Assembly (NCBI GenBank): GCA_038087875.1
Contig: CM075992.1
Coordinates: 9,426,001-9,490,000, forward strand
Origin: Malacoraja senta
Lineage: Eukaryota
Direction of reading: 5' to 3'
Length of the DNA stretch: 64,000 nt
Part shown: positions 49,767-62,090 of the stretch, piece after piece
How positions within the stretch are numbered: the stretch's first letter is position 1
Layout of the letters: each line of letters starts with the position of its first letter
The notes under the pieces: generated by a model
Database searches by the model: none
What the model was told of the DNA's origin: nothing
What the model saw: only the letters and a program-made list of their open reading frames with translations
Made by a program: the position numbers and the translations under genes

Positions 49767-50451
49767 TAGACAATAGACAATAGGTGCAGGAGTAGGCCAT
49801 TCGGCCCTTCGAGCCAGCACCGCCATTCAATGTGATCATGGCTGATCATCCCCAATCGGTACCCCGTTCCTGCCTTCTCCCCATATCCCCTGACTCCGCT
49901 ATTTTTAAGAGCCCTATCTAGCTCTCTCTTGAAAGCATCCAGAGAACCGACCTCCACCACCCTCTGAGGCAGAGAATTCCACAGACTCACCACTCTATGT
50001 GAGAAAAAGTGTTTCCTCGTCTCCGTTCTAAATGGCTTACTCCTTATTCTTAAATTGTGGTCCCTGGTTCTGGACACCCCCAACATCGGGAACATGTTTC
50101 CTGCCTCTAGCGTGTCCAAGCCCTTAACAATCGTATATGTTTCAATGAGATATCCTCTCATCCTTCTAAACTCCAGAGTGTACAAGCCCAGCCGCTCCAT
50201 TCTCTCAGCATATGACAGTCCCGCCATCCCGGGAATTAACCTTGTAAACCTACGCTGCACTCCCTCAATAGCAAGAATGTCCTTCCACAAATTAGGGGAC
50301 CAAAACTGCCCACAATACTCCAGGTGTGGTCTCACTAGGGCTCTGTGCAACTGCAGAAGGACCTCTTTGCTCCTATACTCAACTCCTCTTGTTATAAAGG
50401 AAAACATGCCATTCACTTTCTTCACTGCCTGCTGTACCTGCATGCTTACTT
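49767..50451 (-). mobile_element. CR1 LINE 3' fragment with long open frame
   Basis: ORF 49730-50443 encodes the CR1 ORF2 C-terminus; (TCTATTG)n tail. Confidence 0.92.
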
Positions 50452-50994
50452 TCTCTCCATTCTCCCGGTGATGCCCCCGGTGAACTGGGTTCGATCCCGA
50501 CCTCGGGTGCTGTCTTTGCGGACTTTACCCGTCTTCAGTGTGACCGCCTGGGTTTCTTCCTGGTATTCCGGTTTCCTCCCACATCCCAAAGGCGTGCAGG
50601 AATGTAGCTTAATTGACCTCTGTAAATTGCCTCTGTGTGTAGGGAGTGGATGAGAAAGTGGGATAATATAGAACGGGTGATCGATGGTCGGCGTGGATGA
50701 GGTGGGCCGAAGGGCCTGTTTCCGTGCTGTATCTTTAAACACTCAGCAGGTCTGGCAGCGTCTGTGGATGAAGATGTTATCTTTCTCTATATGGACACTG
50801 CCTAATCATTGAGAATTTGCATTTCAGGTGTTCAACCTCTGTGTAGTTTTACTGTTTTTGACCAGCGCTCTCTTGTTTTCTTTGATTCTAGTTGTTTTGG
50901 TGAAAATTGTTTTCCCTCATCCACTTTATTAAACTGAGCAGCTGATTTCCCCTGCAGCTAATGAGGGCGTACATTACTAAATGATGTCTGAGAG

Positions 50995-51297
50995 TGGCAC
51001 GGTGGCGCAGCGGTAGAGTTGCTGCCTCACAGCGCCTGAGACCCAGGTTCAATCCTGACTACGGGTGCTGTCTGTACGGAGTTTGTACCTTCTCCCCGTG
51101 ACCTGCGTGGGTTTTCTCCGGGTGCTCCGGTTTCCTCCCACACTCCAAAGGCGTACAGGTTTGTAGGTTAATTGGCTTTGGTAAAGATTGTAAATTGTCC
51201 CTGGTGTGTGTAGGATAGTGTTAGTGTGCGGGGATCGCTGGTCGGCGCGGACTCAGTGGGCCGAAGGGCCTGTTGCCGTGCTGTATCTCTCTAAAGT
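50995..51297 (+). mobile_element. tRNA-derived V-SINE (HE1-like), full length
   Basis: GGCACGGTGGCGCAGCGGTAGAG..GGTTCAATCC head, V domain and tail. Confidence 0.9.
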
Positions 51298-52524
51298 CCA
51301 TGTGACAATAGACAATAGACAATAATTGCAGGAGTAGGCCATTTGGCCCTTCGAGCCAGCACCACCATTCAATGTGATCATGGCTGATCATCCCCAATCA
51401 GTACCCCGTTCCTGCCTTCTCCCCATATCCCCTGACTCCGCTATCTTTAAGAGCCCGATCTAGCTCTCTCTTGAAAACATCCCAGAGAGGATGTGGTAAG
51501 GGGAGGGAGTTTGGATAGCTGTGAGGTCTGGGGCTGATGGATGGGCAAGTATGAATGTTTACTTGTCATATTTATTGGAACAAAACAATGAAATACTTAT
51601 TTGCTGCAGCTTAACAGGCCTGCAATTGCAATGACACACTGATGAATATGTAATGATCAATAATAAATAGATTAATATGTAGGAAGGAACTAATACTGGG
51701 TAACCATAGTAGTGGAACATTGAAGTCTGTGAAGCAACCAAAGTCTCAGTTCATAGACGACTGTAGTGGCCGAGGCAGTGGTTAATGTTGTGTTCAAGAG
51801 CCTGGTGGTTGTTAAAGAAAACTTGAACTTGTTAAAATGTGTAGGTGCTGGTTTAAATCGAAGATAGACACAAAATGCTGGAGTAACTCAGCGGGACAGG
51901 CAGCATCCCATTCCTTCTCTCCAGAGGTGCTGCCGGTCCCGCTGAGTTACTCCAGTATTTTGTGTCTATCTTGAACTTGATAAAACTTGTTAAAGAAAGA
52001 CAATACATGATTACAATCGAGCCACGCCCAGTGTACAGATACATGATAACGGCAATAACGTGAATTAGGGGGAATAAAAACTGTCCCTGAATCTGGAGGT
52101 GTGCGTTTTCACACTTCTGTACCTTTTGCCCGATGGGAGAGGGGGGAAGAGGGAGTGGCCGGGGTGCGACTTGTCCTTGATTGTGCTGCTGGCCTTGCCG
52201 AGGCAGCGTGAGGTGTAAACGGAGTCAGTAGAAGGGGGGTAGATTCGCTCCATAGATGCTGCTGCACCCGCTGAGTTTCTCCAGCATTTTTGTCTACCTT
52301 TGATTTTCCAGCATCTGCAGTTCCTTCTTAAACATCAATAGAAGGGAGGTTGGTTTGTGTGATGGTCTGGGCTGCGTCTACAACTCTCTGCAATTTTCTT
52401 GTGGTCTTGGATGGAGCGGTTCCCAAACTGTGCTGCGATGCATCCGGATAAAATGCTTCTACGGCGCATCTGTAGAAGTTGGTGAGAGTTGTTGGGGACA
52501 TGCCGAACTTCCTCAACCTTCTAA

Positions 52525-52855
52525 TAGCCCTGTCCTATGGTACGAGTTCATTCCAAGAGCTCTCCCGAGTTAAAAAAAAATCATACTCGTGGTAAGCACG
52601 GAGAATGAACGTAGCGGGTACGTCGGAGCTCGGGGACGTCTCTTAGCGGCTCGTAACGCTAACGGCAGGTACTCGGGAAGACTCGCTATCGGCAGGTAAG
52701 CACGGGAAGACTCGTGAAGATTTTTCAACATGTTGAAAAATGTCCACGAGAGCCCCGAGTACCGACGAGTGGTCATTACCGTAAATCTCCGAGTTCGAAT
52801 CAGGGCAAAACTCGGGAGAACTCTTGGAATGAACTCGTACCGTGGGACAGGGGTT
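52525..52855. mobile_element. PIF/Harbinger-type MITE inserted in a Rex1/Babar fragment
   Basis: TAA|TAGCCCTGTCCTATGGTACGAGTTCATTCCAAGAG...CTCTTGGAATGAACTCGTACCGTGGGACAGGGGTT|TAA; related to 10000-10303. Confidence 0.85.
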
Positions 52856-54498
52856 TAAGGAAGTAGAGGTGTTGGTGTGTGTTCTTGGCCATTGCTTCAA
52901 TGTGGGTGGTCCAGGAGAAGTTTACTGGTGATATTTACTCATAGGAATTTGAAGCTTTCAATGTTCTTTACATCGGCGTCGACAATGCGTACGTGGCCTG
53001 AAGTCCAGCACTATCTCCTTTGTCTTGGTGACATTGAGAGAAAGGTTGTTGTCTCGACATCAGCTCATGAGGTCAATAGACGAAGCTGTGTTGTTGAAAT
53101 GTAGAAGGATTCAAGGCCAGATTTCATCAAAACAATTTCTATATTATGGCACAAAGGAACCATTCAGCCCATCTTCCCATGTAGAGTCCCGTGGAACAAT
53201 CCCATTATTCAGGCCCGAGAGCCTTTGCAGCAGAGAGAATGAGGGAGAGATTAGCTGTGATCTTACTCCATGGCAGACTGCAATTGATTGATTGATTGAA
53301 AGATACAGAATGGAAGCAGTCCCTTCGGCCCACCGAGTCCATGCTGACCATCGATCACCCATTCACAGGGAGATCCATGTTATCCCACTTTTGCACCCAC
53401 TCCCTACACATTGGGGGACAGTTTACAGAGGGCCAATTCACCTACAAACCCGCAGGTGGGAGGAAACCCGCAGCACCCGGAGGAAACTCGCGAGGCCACA
53501 GGGTGAACGTGCAAACTCCACACAAACTGCACCTGAGATCAGGATCGAACACGGGCCTCTGGCGCTGTGAGGCAGCTGCTCTTGCTGTACTCGCTGGAGG
53601 TTAGAAGGATGAGGGGGGACCTCATTGAAACTTACCGAATAGTAAAAGGCCTGGATAGAGTGGATGTGGAGAGGATGTTTCCACTAGTGGGAGAGTCCAG
53701 GACCAGAGGCCACAGCCTCAGAATAAAAGGACATGCATTTAGAAAGGAGATGAGGAGGAATTTCTTTAGCCGGAGGGTGGTGAATCTGTGGAATTAATTG
53801 CCACAGAAGGCTGTGCAGGGCAAGTCATTGAGTATTTTTAAGGCAGGGACCGATTGATTCTTGATTAGTACGGGTGTCAAGGGTCATGGGGAGAAGGCAG
53901 GAGAATGGGTTGAGAGGAAAAGATGGATCAGCCATGATTGAATGCCAGCATAGACTTGATGGGCTGAATGGCCTAATTCTGCTTCTAGAACTTATGAAAG
54001 CTACCAGCTGCGCCACTGTGCGTGGGGCCAAATGGCCCGCTCTTATTCCTCATGTGCTTGCGTTTCATTTGTGGTCACAATGTGCAGCCCAGGAGTCCGC
54101 CTGGGACAGATCTGTGGTAGGATCAGCCCCACGGTGGGGCACAGATTGTCTCTCACCCCAGCCTCGCCCAGGGTTACCCGGGACATCTAACCGTGGATGC
54201 TGAAAATCTGAGGTAAAACAAACGCTGGAAACACTCAGCAGGTTAGGCAGCATCTGAGGATAGAGAAACACGGGTAATGTTTACAACATAGAACAGTGCA
54301 GCACAGTAGCCCACAGATGGACACAACATGCTGGAGTAACTCAGCGGGACAGGCAGCATCTCTGGAGAGAAGGAATGGGTGACGTTTCAGGTCAAGATGT
54401 TTAAGAAGGAACTGCAGATGCTGGAAAAATCGAAGGTAGACAAAAATGCTGGAGAAACTCAGCGGGTGAGGCAGCGTCCATGGAGCGAAGGAATAGGT

Positions 54499-54526
54499 GA
54501 CGTTTCGGGTCGAGACCCTTCTTCAG
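54499..54526 (-). ncRNA. Minimal type I hammerhead ribozyme motif
   Basis: rc = CTGAAGA-A-GGGT[CTCG]ACCC-GAAA-CG-TC. Confidence 0.7.
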
Positions 54527-55233
54527 ACTGATTTCAGGTCAAGACCCTTCTTCAGACTCTAGCATTTTTTGTCTATCTTCAGTGTAAACCAACATCTGCA
54601 GTTCCTTCCCACACATTTCGTCTGCTCCACTGCAAAATCTCCTCAAGGTGTGTCTACTTTGAAGACGTTCTCCTCCTCTCTCTGACGAAAGTTCAGCAAC
54701 ATCCTCTCTTGTTGCTCCCCATTCTATGATTCCTCTTCGTCTGAAGAAGGGTCTCGACCCAAAACGTCACCCATTCCTTCTCTCCAGAGATGCTGCCTGT
54801 CCCGCAGATTTACTCCAGCATTTTGTGTCTATCTTCGGTTTAAACTAGCATCTGCAGTTCCTTCCTACACAGTGGCCCACAATGTCTGTGCTGGACATAA
54901 TGCAAAGACCAACTCGTATCTGCCTGCACATAACCCATATCCCACTATTCTCTGCATGTCTATGAGTCTATCCAAAAGCCTCTTATATGCCAGTATTGTA
55001 TCTGCCTCCACCACCAGTCTGCCTCTGGAGAGCATGGATAGGTGACATTTTGGGTCAGGACCCTCCTTCAGATTAAATGAGGTGGGGGGGGGGGAGAAAA
55101 CTGGAAGAGAGGTGGGGGCAGGACAAAAGTTGGCGAGTGATAGGTGGATACAGGTGAGTGGAGTTTTTGATAAGCAGATGCTTGGATGGGAGCAGGGGGA
55201 GAAAAGTGGGGGGCATTTGAACTTGAAGAAGAA

Positions 55234-55837
55234 CTTCTGCAGTTGTATAGGGCTCTGGTGAGACCACATCTGGCGTATTGTGTACAGTTTTGGTCTCCTA
55301 ATTTGAGGAAGGACATCCTTGTGATTGAGGCAGTGCAGCGTAGGTTCACTAGATTGATCCCTGGGATGGCGGGACTGTCATATGAGGAAAGATTGAAAAG
55401 ACTAGACTTGTATTCACTGGAGTTTAGAAGGATGTGGGGGGATCTTATAGAAACATATAAAATTATAAAAGGACTGGACAAGCTAGATGCAGGAAAAATG
55501 TTCCCAATGTTGGGCGAGTCCAGAACCAGGGGCCACAGCCTTAGAATAAAGGGGAGGGCATTTAAGACTGAGGTGAGATAAAACGTTTTCACCCAGAGAG
55601 TTGTGAATTTGTAGAATTCCCTGCCATAGAGGGCAGTGGAGGCCAAGTCACTGGATGGATTTAAGAGAGAGTTAGATAGAGCTCTAGGGGCTAGTGGAGT
55701 CGAGGGATATGGGGAGAAGGCAGGCATGGGTTATTGATTGGGGATGATCAGCCATGATCACAATGAATGGCGGTGCTGGCTCGAAGGGCCGAATGGCCTC
55801 CTCCTGCAACTATTTTCTATGTGTCTATGTTTCTATG
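55234..55837 (+). mobile_element. CR1 LINE 3' fragment
   Basis: LLQLYRALVRPHLAYCVQFWSP.. plus tail. Confidence 0.9.
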
Positions 55838-55917
55838 CATCTGCCTATCAATCCCCCATCTCACCTGTATCCACCTATCACTCGCTAGGTTTTGTCTTGT
55901 CTTGCCTCCACCACCAG

Positions 55918-56958
55918 TAGGTATGTTACAAAACTTACCTTCAGTCGCGCTGTAATTCTGCCACTGGCCGTGTGCGCGATTTTGGCGCCTTTAAGGGGGG
56001 GGCGGGGTTAAAACGCGGTTTCTCCTCCCTTGTCCTGGAAATATTTTGTTGGAGTACAAAACTTCGCTGACAAAATCGTTCCTACCGGCGATTTGTGAAT
56101 TTTTTTAAAAAATTAAATCGTCAATGTCAGCGCTACAGTCATTTTAAAATCGGCTCCTGAAGCGTCAACGCCAATAACGGGGACGGATTTCACACAATGG
56201 ACAGGTAAACGAAAGTGCTTTCTTTAAATGTATAAAAGTGCTTCTTAAGAAGCCTTTAATTCACATTTTGTCATGCGACACGGTGATTTTATTCCCCGAA
56301 TTAACGGCAGTATTTTTCATGCCAATACGGGGTTAAATTCACCGCAAATCAACGTTCCAAAAGATCGCGTTCCAGAAATTCTCACTCGCAAGATGAATTA
56401 AATCCCCATTAATTTACAGGTATTAAACATTCAATTCCTTCCATTTGGCCTGTAAATTCATGAAAATTAGATTTAAAAATTATGTTATATTGTGAATTAT
56501 TGTGTGAATGTTATTTGGACACTTAGGCTATTTAAAAATGTTAATCTATTCTTAAGAAATTGATAGATGTTTAGATCTAGTAATTGAATTTTGTAATTAG
56601 CTACAATTAGGTAACTAACTAATTATATGCTTTACTTTCATGTCTTCGAAGTAAGATTGTTTCATATTTGTTTCAGAATGCTTCAATCTATAATACCTGA
56701 AAATTTCTTTCAGTTACCATAATTTTTAAGAAAGTTATGGGCTTTTAACTGTCCTTGATCACAGCTTTTGTGTTAAGTCAATGGAAAAGCAATAGGGAAC
56801 TAGATGCTAATTTCTGAGTATGATAATGGCCATAACTTCTTTAATACTGAAGATATGAAAGTGAATTAGATGTCAAATTAAACTTCTTTTTATGCTTTAT
56901 CTGATGGGATAAATTGCAGACTTTATTTTTTAAATCTCAAAATTTTGTAACATTGCTA
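55918..56958. mobile_element. Unclassified 1.04-kb non-autonomous DNA transposon
   Basis: TIR TAGGTATGTTACAAAA / TAGCAATGTTACAAAA(rc); CCACCAG duplicated on both flanks; AT-rich with no ORF. Confidence 0.8.
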
Positions 56959-57225
56959 CCACCAGTCTGAAGAGGGGTCCCGACCCGAAACATCACCTAT
57001 CCATGTCCTCCAGAGATGGTGCCTGACCCGCTAAGTTACTCCAGCATTTTGTACGTTTTTATTTTGTAAACCAGCATCTGCAGCTCCTCCTATCTCCACA
57101 CAATAGGTTTGAGTGAGCAATGTTTAGTTTTCCATTGGACTGCTGTCAGACAAGCAAACCGGATCCAGCCCTTTCAACAATGCTCACAATGCCATCGTTT
57201 ATATGTAACTATTGGTCACATGGTA

Positions 57226-57670
57226 TATTTCTTAAAGGGATACACACCACAGGTGATGTACATTTCTTAAAGGGATACACACCCCAGGTGATGTACATTT
57301 CTTAAAGGGATACACACCACAGGTGATGTACATTTCTTAAAGGGATACACACCCCAGGTGATGTACATTTCTTAAAGGGATACACACCACAGGTGATGTA
57401 CATTTCTTAAAGGGATACACACCACAGGTGATGTACATTTCTTTAAGGGATACACACCACAGGTGATGTGCATTTCTTAAAGGGATACACACAATAGGTG
57501 ATGTACATTTCTTAAAGGGATACACACCACAGGTGATGTACATTTCTTAAAGGGATACACACCACAGGTGATGTACATTTCTTAAAGGGATACACATCAC
57601 AGGTGATGTACATTTCTTAAAGGGATACACACCACAGGTTACTTATATACATTTCTTAAAAGGGTTACAC
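57226..57670. repeat. 35-bp minisatellite, ~12-13 units
   Basis: (CATTTCTTAAAGGGATACACACCACAGGTGATGTA)n. Confidence 0.95.
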
Positions 57671-58371
57671 ATGTCAGGTTACTTAAGCCCTGTGTCTTGG
57701 GGAGAGGGAAATGTTGTAAAATTGGAACATAGCCAAGTAATTATGTGGAAATGGCAATCCTTTAATGCAGTGAGGTAAATAAATCAGTGTCCACACTATT
57801 AATAGCTGCACTTAAGCACTATGAATGTTTTTAATAGCAACGCGTGTGAGGTTTAACTGGGTCTCTTGAGAAATCCTGAGGATTGATCCAATGCAGGTCT
57901 CCATGAGAAAGGCTGTTGATAAGAGTGGCTCAGAGGAATGGTTCCTCTTTTGGGAGAAGAGAATAACTAATCACCTGGAGATTCAGGAAGGAAGTTGGAG
58001 AAAGAAATGGCGGTCAGTCCCACAGGGTAGAGTGGAGTGGTCAGTACCCGGGCATCCCCTCCATGTAATTCTGGAGAGTCAAAAGAGCAGACGGAACAAC
58101 AACCGGCTCCTCTCCCTGCGCTGTAGAACGGAGCGGTTCAGGAGATCCTTCACCCCTGCAGCCATTAGATTTTATAATTCGGGCTGTAGGGGGATGCATT
58201 TTTTGCATTTTTTAATTTTTAATTGTTAATTATTGGTCTTTTTTAAGTATTTATTGCTCTCAGGTAGTGTCCACATTGTGTTTATGTAGTTTCTGTCTGT
58301 GTTCGTTTTTGAATGTGTGGGTTTGTTGGTTGGGGGCTTCTGGACATCTGAATTTCCCTGAGTGGATCAAA

Positions 58372-59085
58372 TCAAGTCAAGTCAAGTGAGTTTATTGTCA
58401 TGTGTCTCTGATAGGACAATGAAATTCTTGCTTTGCTTCAGCACAACAGAACATAGTAGGCATTGACTACAAAACAGATCAGTGTGTCCATATACCATGA
58501 TATAAATATATACACACATGAATAAATAAAATGATAAAGTGCAAATAACAGATAATGGGTTATTAATAATCAGAGTTTTGTCCGAGCCAGGTTTAATAGC
58601 CTGATGGCTGTGGGGAAGTAGCTATTCCTGAACCTGGCCGTTGCAGATTTCAGGCTCCTGTACCTTCTACCTGAAGATAGTAGGGAGATGAGTGTGTGGC
58701 CAGGATGGTGTGGGTCCTTGATGATACTGCCAGCCTTTTTGAGGCAGCGACTGCGATAGATCCCCTCGATGGAAGGGAGGTCAGAGCCGATGATGGACTG
58801 GGCAGTGTTTACTACTTTTTGTAGTCTTTTCCTCTCCAGGGCGCTCAAGTTGCCGAACCAAGCCACGATGCAACCGGTCAGCATGCTCTCTACTGTGCAC
58901 CTGTAGAAGTTAGAGAGAGTCCTCCTTGACAAACCGACTCTCCGTAATCTTCTCAGGATGTAGAGGCGCTGATGTGCTTTCTTGTTAATTGCATTAGTGT
59001 TCTCAGACCAGGAAAGATCTTCAGAGATGTGCACGCCCAGGAATATGAAGCTCTTGACCCTTTCGACCATCGACCCGTTGATATA
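58372..59085 (-). mobile_element. Rex1/Babar LINE 3' fragment, close sister of 46744-47912, nested in the tail of another Rex-type copy (~58045-59125, +)
   Basis: ORF 58570-59070; host copy HPLH..RCRTERFRRSF..AIRFYN, whose ATCAATAAAGTA tail resumes at ~59088. Confidence 0.88.
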
Positions 59086-60139
59086 GAATCAATAAAGTAT
59101 TTATTATTATTAATTATTATTATTAAAGGGAGGCTGGATGTGTGAGGAAGAGGAGAAGGCAGTGGAGGCCAGGTTCATGGATATATATATATATCTTTTA
59201 ATAATATGTTTATTAGAAGCATTTACATATAATAGCAAAACACAGTTTGTTTACCAATTACATATATACAAAGCTTCCATTTTTATTTTGAAAGATAGAT
59301 TCATGGATATTTTTAAGGCAGAGATGGATAGATTCTTGATTGGTATGGGTGTCAGGGTAAAGGCAGGAGAATGGGGTTAGGAGGGCGAGATAGATCAGCC
59401 ATGATTGAATGGCGGAGTAGACTTGATGGGCCGAGTGGCCTGATTCTGCTCCTATCACCGATGACCTTATGGGAACAAAGGGTTCCCCTTTTAGATTTAA
59501 TTGGAGAAAAGCAAGGAGGACTGATGAGTGTATTGTGGACGTTGTGACGAATGACCTGATTTGGAGCTGTTTTCTTTTCCAGTGCATTAAATCTGTTTGT
59601 AATTGAATTCATTAATATTTATTAGGGAGGTGACTGTTGGAGCTTTAGTTTAGATTATTGTACTGTGAAAACCTTTTTTGTTTTGTTTTGTTGAGTGCTA
59701 ACCAGTCAGCGGAAAGACGATACCACTCTCTGTGTGAAAAAATGACAGATTCACCACTCTCTGTGTGAAAAAAAAGTTCTTTAGGACCGTGAGAATTTTC
59801 TTTTCCACACACAGAGTGGCGAATCTGTGGAATTCTCTGCCACAGAAAGTAGTTGAGGCCAGTTCATTGGCTATATTTAAGAGGGAGTTAGATGTGGCCC
59901 TTGTGGCTAAAGGGATCAGGGGGTATGGAGAGAAGGCAGGTACAGGATACTGAGTTGGATGATCAGCCATGATCATATTGAATGGCGGTGCAGGCTCGAA
60001 GGGCCGAATGGCCTACTCCTGCACCTATTTTCTATGTTTCTATGTCTATGATACATGATCACAATCAAGCCATCCACAGTGTACAGATACATGGTAATGT
60101 GTATCATGGAGGAGATGTGGCCTTTCACATGGAGCACCA

Positions 60140-60760
60140 TGCAGCTCGTCTGCTTGGGAGTCTACCTGAGTCCCGCTGCGGAGACCTGGCTGGCGAACTG
60201 GCAGGAGCTGGAGATGAAAGTCGTCGCCCGGCTGGGGCGCTGGGCGGGTCTCCTCAGAGTGCTTTCCTACCGGGGCAAGGTGTTGGTCATTAACCAACTT
60301 GTGGCCTCCATGCTCTGGTACAGATTGACCACATTGGTCCCATTGGCCATCTTTGCTGGGATCATCCAGAAGAAGTTGGTGGACTTCTTCTGGGGCAACG
60401 GAAAGCACTGGGTCTCGGCAGCGGTCCTGAGTCTCCCGATCGAGGAGGGCGGTCAGTCGCTGGTGTGCATTCGCACCAAGTTGGCGGCTCTCCGCCTCAG
60501 GACCTTGCAGAGATACCTGTACTCAGGGCATCCTCCCAGGTGGCACGTGCTGGCGACGCACTTTTTCCAACGGGGCCGCTGCCTTCAAGGAGGTACGCGG
60601 ATCCCGATGGTGGGCGTCAGCCGTGCGGTCCTGATGGGGATGCCCGGCTTCTACAGGGACTTGTTGAGAGTCTGGAACCTGGTTGCCATCGACCGGGCCC
60701 CCCCTCCGCCGGCGGAAGGTGACGGCCCGGGCGTGAGAGCAGCCGGTCCTTGTCCCCCCC
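60140..60760 (+). mobile_element. Tx1-type (L1 clade) LINE ORF2 fragment, GC-rich
   Basis: LGVYL..NW..LSYRGKVLVINQLVASMLWY..DFFW..HWV..LSLP.EEGGQ.L pattern, C-terminal to RT. Confidence 0.85.
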
Positions 60761-61810
60761 CACTGGGTGTCGGGGGGGGGGGGGGGCCCAAACGTGTGGA
60801 GTACCTGTGGTTGAGCAAACCTCCGCTCAACTGGAAGTACTCGTCGGACCCAGGGGGTAGAGGGGGTTGGTGGAGGGGAGAGGGTGGTTGGTGGAGGGGA
60901 GAGGGGGGTTGGTGGGGGGGAGAGTGGGGTGGATGAGGGCCAAGTGTCTTTTAAATGTTCTTATAGGACCTGCCTTAACTATCCCTGGCAGCTCATTCCA
61001 TATACCCACCATTCTCTGTTTCCCCCATCATTTTCCAATTAAATCTTTTCCCTCTCGTCTTAAACCCATGTCCTCTGCATCGTGATCCCCCCTGACCTGG
61101 GTAAAAGTCTATGTGCGTTTGGACAGTTCAGTTTGTTCTCTACCATCGTTCCCCCTCACCCACTCCGATTGCCGCACAAAACCCCCCTCTCAGCTCCCGA
61201 TCCTCCCCCTCATCTCCTCCACTGCCACGTCCTTGCCATCTCCCTGCTCCGATCTCCAGCAAAGCAAAATAAAAATTGCAAGCTGGCAGATGCTGGAAAT
61301 GTAAGATCAAAACAGGAAGTGCAGGAAACAGCCAGCAGGTCAGGCAGCATCCGTGGAGAGAGAAACAGTGGCAGTGTTTAGGGTTGAACACCTTTAGTCA
61401 GACTTTTTATTATTGTTATTTGGGCACCACATCTGAGGAAGGATGTGCTGGCTCTGGAGAGGGTCCAATAGACAATAGACAATAGGCCCTTCGAGCCAGC
61501 ACCGCCATTCAATGTGATCATGGCTGATCATCCCCAATCAGTACCCCGTTCCTGCCTTCTCCCCATATCCCTTGACTCCGCTATTTTTAAGAGCCCTATC
61601 TAGCTCTCTCTTGAAAGTATCCAGAGAACCCGCCTCCACCGCCCTCTGAGGCAGAGAATTCCACAGACTCACCACTCTCTGGTTTACAAGACTGGTCCCA
61701 GGAATGAGTGGGTTAACCTATGATGAGCGTTTGACGGCACTGGGCCTGTACTCGCTGAGGCAGCAACTCTACCGCTGCGCCAACACCTGCGATCTATATC
61801 TCATATCTAT

Positions 61811-62090
61811 ACCTCATATTCCGCTTGGGCAGTCTACATCCTGGGGGCTTGAACATTGAATTCTCCCAATTCTGTTAGCCCTTGCTGTCCCCTCCCCTTC
61901 ATCAGCCATCTGGTTGTCTCCTCCCCTCCCCCAGCCCTCGGGCTCCTCCTCCGCCTTTTTCCTTTTTTCCCTTTCTTCTCCCCACCCCCTATCAGTCTGA
62001 AGGAGGGTTTCGGCCCGAAACGTTGCCTATTTCCTTCGCTCCATAGATGCTGCTGCACCCGCTGAGTTTCTCCAGCATTTTTGTGTACCA
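61811..62090 (+). mobile_element. PLE 3' end (GIY-YIG tail plus pLTR), sister of 19036-19782
   Basis: LIFRLGSLHPGGLNIEFSQFC followed by the pLTR; flanking ATCTATATCTC duplication. Confidence 0.8.

Noticed and set aside
50995..51070. tRNA-like sequences with A and B boxes
   Set aside because: They are SINE heads fused to V-domain and LINE-derived tails, with no acceptor stem or pol III terminator.
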